From Eledone cirrhosa (Eukaryota), in the NCBI GenBank assembly GCA_964016885.1, contig OZ024753.1:12462001-12526000 (forward strand): a stretch of 64,000 nt of DNA, written 5' to 3'. Positions 56,120 through 64,000 of this stretch are shown one piece after another. The notes beneath the pieces were generated by a model. It was not told the DNA's origin. It ran no database searches and saw nothing but the letters and a program-made list of their open reading frames with translations. Both the position numbers and the translations under genes were made by a program. Position 1 is the stretch's first letter. Each line of letters starts with the position of its first letter.

Positions 56120-56723
56120 GTCAGGTCACCAGTTGGTGCTACTGGTAACATGTATCCCAGTACAACCTGTCTTATGGTCGTTGGCGACTAAACTGGCAAC
56201 CCCACCAAGGTTTCTTGGTGAAGAGGGTGACTTTGGACATCCTGCAGGACTAAAAACAAAACCTGTCAAAGGGCAAAGGAGCTCTTAAGAGTCAATGGCC
56301 ATCCAAAATCACCGGGAGAGATGACCCCTTAGCCTTTGTCAAGGCAGAATTCTAGGAGAAGGAAAACTATGATATAACACCTGCAACTCTGATGGTATCC
56401 AATAATGTTGACTTGTTCTTCTTTTTGGTAAATATCATCTTGGTTAAGAGAGTGGGACTGGCTTTGTGCAGTGCCTTTTCTCACTATAAAAGCTTCACGG
56501 CACAGGCATTGCTTTATATCTGGAGATCTCTCAGCACTTGTCGTTACATGGTACCATGGGCCCAGCACTATGTGTCAATAATTGTCACAGGTGTAGTGTT
56601 TGTACCAGAGTTTTCAAGTCGCTGGCTGGACTAAAAAGTCACACTCGTTCAGCGCATCAGTAGGGGTTCTCCTACATGGATATATAGTAGTGGCCGTACT
56701 CGAAAACGAGTTGACAGCCACCA
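56120..56723 (+). mobile_element. Family K repeat, longest copy; 5' part resembles an RTE 5' UTR
   Basis: ctaaactggcaacccc and ggagaaggaaaact motifs. TA-rich repeats on both sides. Confidence 0.55.
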
Positions 56724-56749
56724 TGTATATATATATATATGTATGTAAG

Positions 56750-56780
<31 letters not shown>

Positions 56781-57067
56781 GAATGTAAGTATGTGTATAT
56801 ATATATATATATATGTGAGTATGTGTATATATATATATATGTATGTAAGTATGTGTATATATGTATATATATATATATGTATGTAAGTATGTGTATATAT
56901 GTATATATATTTATATATATATATGTGTGTGTATATATATGTATATGGATGTATATATGTGTGTGTGTATATATAGATATGTATATATGTGTGTGTGTGC
57001 ATATACATCTGTGTGTATATATGTATGTATATATAAATTTGTGTATGTGTGTGCATATATATATATG

Positions 57068-57105
<38 letters not shown>

Positions 57106-57469
57106 ATGTGTGTGTATATATGTATGTATATATATATGTGTGTGTGTATATATATGTATGAATATATGTCTAACCCTATGCTAGCGTGGAAGATAGATGT
57201 TAAACGACGATGATGATGATGATGATGATGAGTGTGTGTATGTGTGTGTGAATACACAAACCCTGAATAAATATGAATATGTCGCACGAAAGTTTAGTGA
57301 AATATTTTTATCTTTAGACAACATATTATTCAAATATTACCGACGCATTGTCCCACGGAAGATTACACATATAATCGTATCTACAGACATTTACTACTAA
57401 AAACATCACACATATTAAATATATATACATATGTTAGTATCTCTATATCTCTCTCTCTCTCTCTCTGTA

Positions 57470-57514
<45 letters not shown>

Positions 57515-57515
<1 letters not shown>

Positions 57516-57565
57516 GTTTCAGAAGATCCCGTTAAGGGTGAAAGCAGCGATTCTTTGCTTAAACT
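57515..57565 (+). ncRNA. Hammerhead-like motif, family E (CAGAAGA core)
   Basis: agttt CAGAAGA t ccc gttaa ggg t GAAA gca gcgattctt tgc TT aaact. Confidence 0.65.
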
Positions 57566-57581
57566 TTAATCTGTTATTTTA

Positions 57582-57644
<63 letters not shown>

Positions 57645-58354
57645 TATATTTTGAGAATAAACTCTCAGTCGTTTACAATAATTAAGCTCCAGGAAAAGGG
57701 GCTCTTCCGAGCAGTTAAATACATTTATAATATATGATAAACAGAAGAGACAGACAAATTGTATTCACTTTAATTAGTTTATTTCATTAATAGCTAACTT
57801 TGTCTGTTGCAATATAAACACATTTCGTGTTTATCATATATTTTAAATATATATATATATGAATAAAGTTAGTCCTTCATCAGTGATCTTCCAACCATCA
57901 TTGGTATTTAATCGCTTTAAAGACCATATACCTCCGGTTGGTGCGAGCAACGGCTAAAGAAAGTCGTTGGGACACGTAAATAAGGGGAACGAGCGAGAGT
58001 GTAAACAAACAAAGATGGTAAAGTAACGAAAAGTGAGGAAGAAAGAGTCAATCCCAGATTTCCATGAATATGAGTTCGGTGAAATCGTGAACGTGAGAGA
58101 ATAAAGACCATGAAACCTAGTCGAAATGTGAGCAAGGAAGGAATTCCGCACAGGTCAAACGGGATGAAGTAGGAGAGGTAGTAGCAGAGAGTGAGTGAGT
58201 GAAGGGTGAGGAAGAGGTTAACAGAGAGAGTGACTGTTAGAGAGGGTAAAGATACAGAGAAAGAGGAAGCAGTAAGAACGAAATAGACGGGTCACAGCGG
58301 GGGAAAATATATGTGTGAATATGAGAACAAACGTGTTGCGTGGTTGCAAATGGG

Positions 58355-58439
<85 letters not shown>

Positions 58440-59034
58440 TATATTTATGTGTGAATTCACAAATCAAACGCTGAATAAATAAGAATCGTGGCACGGGATG
58501 TTAGAAAAATATTTATATCTACAGATACAAATTATCAGTGTTTGTATGATAAAAGATTTATAATTACGACCAATGGGAAACGAAACACTTTAATTTAATT
58601 ATACGTTTTTATAATTTACTATATATCTTTAGAGATTAATCTATGCTGATAGATAACTGATGATTATTCATAAATCTACAGCGTGTTCATAATTTCCTAC
58701 ATAATTATTCAGCTTCTGAACTAGTTTCTAGAATAAAATTATTGAAATATTTCTTCTACAAAATGTTTTGCTGATAAGTTTTAAGTAATTATCATTTTTT
58801 TAAAGGGTGGTTTTTGATTTCCTATGTGAGATAATATTATCAGAAAAAAGATCAAAATTTGCGTTGATTTATTCTTTTGAAATTACAACTTAACCGATAT
58901 ACTTATGAAATAGTTTATGATATAATTTAATCTAAGTATTGTCATATATTTATAGAAAAATATGTCATATTTTATAGAATGGGAAAGTGCATCAAACTGT
59001 TATGCTCCTTAAATACTTAAACCTCTATCTAAAT

Positions 59035-59636
59035 CAGAGGTTCTCAAACATTTTAGCCACGCCCCTCACGGCCATGTAATGCCCTCAACGCCCCCAATCC
59101 TAGTTCAAAAGACACCTGCCTACACGCAAATTGTAAATAATATATAAATAAAATCGTTAAATTATATATTATACATAATATGATATGAAACACAAATTAA
59201 AATTTTGAAGACCACCACAATGCGTTATGAAAAATGTCAAATTGCCAACATAACAAAAGAATCTTATGAGATAAGATTGACTTGCTTGTTTGGAAGCAGA
59301 TTTAAATATAATATAAACTATGTATAAATACGTATTATATATTTTTTATTTTACTATATTTATATACAATATGTATCATTTGATATTCAATATACTATTA
59401 TACTATTATACTATTATACTAAGGATAGACACTGATCTGTTGGAGACGCAGGACATGGCAGCGATAATGAGGGACAGAGACCGCTGGAGAGAACTCGTCC
59501 ATGGATCTCGGGAATTTTACCCGCCTTAGATAGATAGATACTATTATATCATCTCTACCGCCACCCTAGGCCCAAGTGCCCTACTGGACCTTCTCAACGC
59601 CCCAGGGGGCTGTAGGGCCCACGGTGGGAAACTCTG
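59035..59636. mobile_element. hAT (Charlie/Buster-like) non-autonomous element
   Basis: TIRs CAGAGGTTCTCA / TGGGAAACTCTG, exact 8-bp TSD ATCTAAAT (59027-59034, 59637-59644). Contains a LINE 3' tip at 59420-59540. Confidence 0.85.
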
Positions 59637-60429
59637 ATCTAAATGTCACATCTGTTTCAACACCCTCTTAATACATATATACACAACCCTCTGTGGTGTC
59701 TATTCTCATGTGGTGTCTATTCTACTCGGGTTTGTTCGGCCAATTTAAAATGATCTTTGAAGTAAATGTACGGGAGTTATTGATGTGAGAGATAAGTTTG
59801 ATAAATTTGGGCCAGTATAGGCCCAGGCCATGTAACATGCATAATTTCATAAACGTTGCAAAATCATTACATGGTGTTGTTTCCGTGGATCGATGTACAA
59901 AAACATACACACACCAAGAGAGAAATAGATATATATATAGAGAGAGAGATATAAATATAGTGTGATAGATTGATTGATAGAGAGAGAGAGAGAGAGATAG
60001 GCAGAGAGAGAGAGAAGGAGATAGAGAAAGATACGGAGAGAGAGAGATGAGAGGCAGAGAGAGGTGAGAGAGAGAGAGAGAAAGAGATGAGAAGCAATGA
60101 GAGAGAGAGAGATAGCGATGAGAGAGGGAGGGAAATGAGGGGCAGAGAGAGATGAGACAGAGAGAGAGAGCGATGAGCGAGGGAGAGAGATGAGAAGCAG
60201 AGATAGAGAGGGAGGGAGAGAATGTTATTGGGAATTCTTATGTTATACAGATATATACACATCACAAAATTCAATAAAATTTACGATTGTAATGGAGTGA
60301 GCTATGTTGCATGTTAAAGCTGACTAAATCAAAGTCATATTGCCGGAGGTTTGTCATCAAATAGACAGATGTTAAATTGCTGTCTGTTTTAATTGCGATC
60401 GGATAAGATGAGTGCCGTATGTTATCCTT

Positions 60430-60890
60430 GCTGGCAGTATCGGAAGAGCACCGGACAATATGCTTTGCAGCATAGAGTTACAACCCTTTAAGTTCTGCGT
60501 TCAAATCCTGTCAAGGTCAGCTTTGCTTTTCATCCAAATGAGGTCAATAGAATTATATAAAATACCAGTAACGCACTGTGGTCAAATCCTGTTAAGGTTA
60601 GCTTTGCTTTTCATCGGAATGAGGTCAATAGAATTATATAAAATACCAGTAACGCGCTGGGGGCAAATCCTGCCAAGGTCAGCTTTGCTTTACATCCGAA
60701 TGATGTCAATAGAATTATATAAAATACCAGTAACGCGCTGAGGATAATTCCTGCCAAGGTCAGCTTTGCCTTTCATCCAAATGAGGTCAATAGAATTATA
60801 TAAAATACCAGTAACGCACTGGGGTCGAATTAATTTACTTTTCCCTATCCCATAATTGTTCGCCTTGTGCCTAAATCAGGAAATATTATT
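60430..60890 (+). mobile_element. SINE family 1 with a 4x internal 81-bp repeat
   Basis: Units start at 60502, 60583, 60664 and 60745. Confidence 0.8.
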
Positions 60891-61077
60891 AACAAACAAT
60901 AATTTACAAGAATCATTTGCAATCGATTCTGTGCATAACATTTTCTGTATTTTGATATTCCGGGAAATTACTTGGTCACCATGTGTATTTTCTCATTTAG
61001 GGAATTCCCATGTGTGATGAAGATCGGCGATTATATCTGTCCTCTAGATGAGTTTTTAGTACATTACTACTTTGACG

Positions 61078-61670
61078 CTAAACCCCGCCAATTGCAGACT
61101 GAGCATCAACATGAAATATTTTTATCCACAAATTTCGATCACCAGCAGTAGAGTTTAAAGAGTAAAGATCAAGTCCAGTCGATAAGTTGACATTATCAAA
61201 CCATCGTTTTGGCTGCCGGCCTCTACTTCTCTTACCAGCCAACCTTCCTTCCAGGAATATATAATACCTTTCGATTCCCAACAGCAGAGTTTAAAGAGCA
61301 AAGAAGAAGTCCAGTCCATAAGTTGACATTATCAAACCATCGTTTTGGCTGCCGGCCTCTGCTTCTCTTACCAGCCAACCTTCCTTCCAGGAACATATAA
61401 TACCTTTCGATTCCCAACAGCAGAGTTTAAAGAGCAAAGAAGAAGTCCAGTCCATAAGTTGACATTATCAAGCCATCGTTTTGGCTGCCGACCTCTGCTT
61501 CTCTTTCCATCTTTCCAGCCAATCTTCCTTCCAGGCATAACCTACTCACACCATGAGTTGATCTTTTTATATGGCCGTATATTTTGAGTACTCTTGACTT
61601 GACAATTGATGTAATTGGTCTAAGTCTGGTAATGTTGAGCAGCTCACTGATACAGATACGGTCGCTGGGC
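61078..61670 (-). pseudogene. RTE-type LINE 3' remnant with ~3x 136-bp repeat
   Basis: LKIYGHIKR..LEGRLAGKRSRGRQPKRWFDNV repeated. gagtttaaag at 61151, 61287 and 61423. Confidence 0.8.
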
Positions 61671-63313
61671 CGCTTGCCAGTCATAAGTACTTTATTGGAA
61701 GGCAAATGATCTAATCAGAGCGAACAACCTAGAATGTATGCATATACATCATTTACACACATTATCTATGTAACAAAAATCATACATGCCCACAAACTAT
61801 GTTTTAGAAAGTTGACGGTTTAAGGGAACAATCGAAAAACTTGGATATAATGTAATTGTGTTTAAAATCGGGAGAGGTAACATCCTATCCGGTAAAATAC
61901 CTGGGTACAAAACCTTTAGAAGGAATTATATCTGATTAGCTACCTTGCCTTGTAAATACAAGTCTAGACAAGTCTAGAGAAATTTCATAGATTATCTGGT
62001 GTTTTATTATGTTTTGATAATTATCATAAAACAGCAAACATAAATATAATCAGGTATAAGGTACGTTAATATGATTAAAATATAAGACAACGGTATTTAT
62101 CTGAGGAAGCAATATAAGTTGGGCAAAATGACAGAAGCAATAATGGTTTATAGTGTGGTAATACTAAAATAATCGGTCATTAGAAACAATTACATTGTGT
62201 TTTGTACGCAGGAAGAATTTCATCGTAAAATTATTCCATACATAATATGAATATAATAACTACAGTTATGATTATAAATGTAGGAGACGTATTATATTAA
62301 TAAAGCTATCAGATGTTTGTAATTCATAATTTTACGAGGTTGAGGAACTCATTTTAGAACTGAATCGTGAGTTAGTTGTCTATATATAACTGTAATACTG
62401 TATAGAAACTTATAAATTTGTACTTTACAAAGTAACTCTTCGTGTGACCTTGCAGCAGTGACTTTCATATAGTATAAATGTGTTTTAGTGTATTATATAC
62501 ACGCATATATCGAAAGGAACAATGTTTACGTTTAATTAATTTTAAATCAAATGTAATTCATTTGAAAAATTATTCCTCCAGATATTTAAATTAATTCATA
62601 TTTACATTCATATTAATTTAGCCAGGATATTTTTTCAGACAGAAAAGAACAAAATTTATTGGCAACATGGAAGGTGTTGTATGTGTATCTCAAAATCTTA
62701 CATGTTAATATTTGAACAACAGAAAACCACGACAAAAAATATATATAATGATTCTTCAAGACAGGAAGACATAAAAGTTAGCAAATTGCTCAGCCTACGC
62801 TAAAATGCTGTGATGTTGTAAAATAAAGTTGCAATAAAAGAGCATTATATCCTGCTGCACAATGTTTATAATACAAAGGAAACTTTTTACCGATAAATTG
62901 GTTAGATTCCATCCGGACCGAAGTATTAAAGAGGAAAATATAGGATGTATGTTATTGCTAAATGTTACTTACATAATAATGGCGACAGGAAACAAACTGT
63001 AGTATATATCCACTAGTAACATAATTATTGCTTAACGATTTAATACAAAGCATAATACCTCATTCGTTATACAAATGAATTACTTATTTATGTATTAAAG
63101 ATCTATCGTGCGATAGTGAATAAAAACATAAACCTGCATCAGAATATGATGAAAACACCAGATAGGTATCTAGTTAGTTAGTGTCAGGAATAGGTAAAAA
63201 AAAAGCTTAAGCTACAAACACATACACAGGCAGCTAGGTAGTGTTAGAAACACGTAAGAAAACAAATACATAAATACACTCTTCATACACACACAGACAC
63301 ACATATATATATA

Positions 63314-63564
63314 AGTTTATCCCGGGTTCAATCGGGGGTAGCCACAGTAAATAAGGTACTCAATATAGAAGCAGAGTATAAATATTTAATATAGAAATGT
63401 AGAAGCCATACCTATATATATATATATATATAGGAACAAGTATTACCCCAACGGCAGAGCTCAAAGGGGTCATTCTTGTTCCTATTACCCACTCTGCTAC
63501 CCTAAGTATTGAGTACTTTGGTGCGTTATGTTCCATCTGGTTCCTTACCACACATCCTTCGTTA
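63314..63564. mobile_element. Family D tail (minus) and a family C element with deleted centre
   Basis: 63314-63400 is the reverse complement of 27757-27843. 63431-63564 has family C arms plus tail. Confidence 0.7.
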
Positions 63565-63733
63565 TATATATATATATATATGAATGTATGTGTGTATATA
63601 TATATATTTGAATGTATGTGAGTATATATATATATATATATATATATATGAATGTATGTGTGTATATATATATATATAAATTAAGAAAGAAGAGTGACAC
63701 GGTTTGCTATACAAAAAGGTTTTTAATCACTTT

Positions 63734-63839
63734 GCTGACAATTATTTCTCTGAACTGGTAGGTCTAGAGATCGCTACCCGCCTGTTTTCGCGCCAATCGA
63801 TCACCAATACATAGTTGTAACCAGTCAATTCATCAGAGC
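63734..63839 (-). ncRNA. Hammerhead with a ~80-nt stem II insertion
   Basis: GCU CUGAUGA aUUGACUGGU...ACCAGUUCAGa GAAA UAAUUG UC AGC. A second copy at 44580-44695 (plus) has GAAA CAAUUG UC AGCAA. Confidence 0.6.
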
Positions 63840-64000
63840 TAGCGAGAATGAGGGGAATACACAGGCAGGGCTTCTATATATAGTAATGGCATTCAATCAG
63901 AACAATAACAACAATACTAACAGTGCTAGCAATAAATTATTTGAAATAATCACAACATCAATCTAAGTAAGACATAGAGTATACTTAAGACTTTAGCATG

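Overview
AT-rich, gene-poor eukaryotic repeat DNA with no host gene I can support. The long (TA)n/(CA)n/(GA)n tracts, tRNA-derived SINEs and RTE/Penelope remnants suggest a cephalopod (octopus-like) genome, which is an inference. Nearly all ORFs in the track are microsatellite translations. Real coding remnants are a Penelope-like (PLE) GIY-YIG endonuclease (6983-7483), a PLE reverse transcriptase (~34290-35690), several RTE/CR1-type LINE fragments and a possible pogo transposase relic. There are also two SINE families, pogo-type and hAT MITEs, and tandem Helitrons. Main result: about 25 minimal type-I hammerhead ribozyme (HHR) motifs, folded by eye, lie in at least 8 unrelated families of 150-450 bp non-coding elements, almost all inserted in (TA)n. 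These elements share three traits. (1) Head-to-head inverted arms that often fold back in or at the ribozyme. (2) One short arm ending at an internal TAT and one long arm carrying a 3' tail. (3) A tail hairpin, ACTC-N(9-18)-TYGAGTRC, shared across families. Arms from different families are sometimes joined head-to-head. This looks like a community of non-autonomous, microsatellite-targeted PLE/retrozyme-like elements. Family letters A-K are my own labels. Most boundaries are approximate and no folding software or database search was run.
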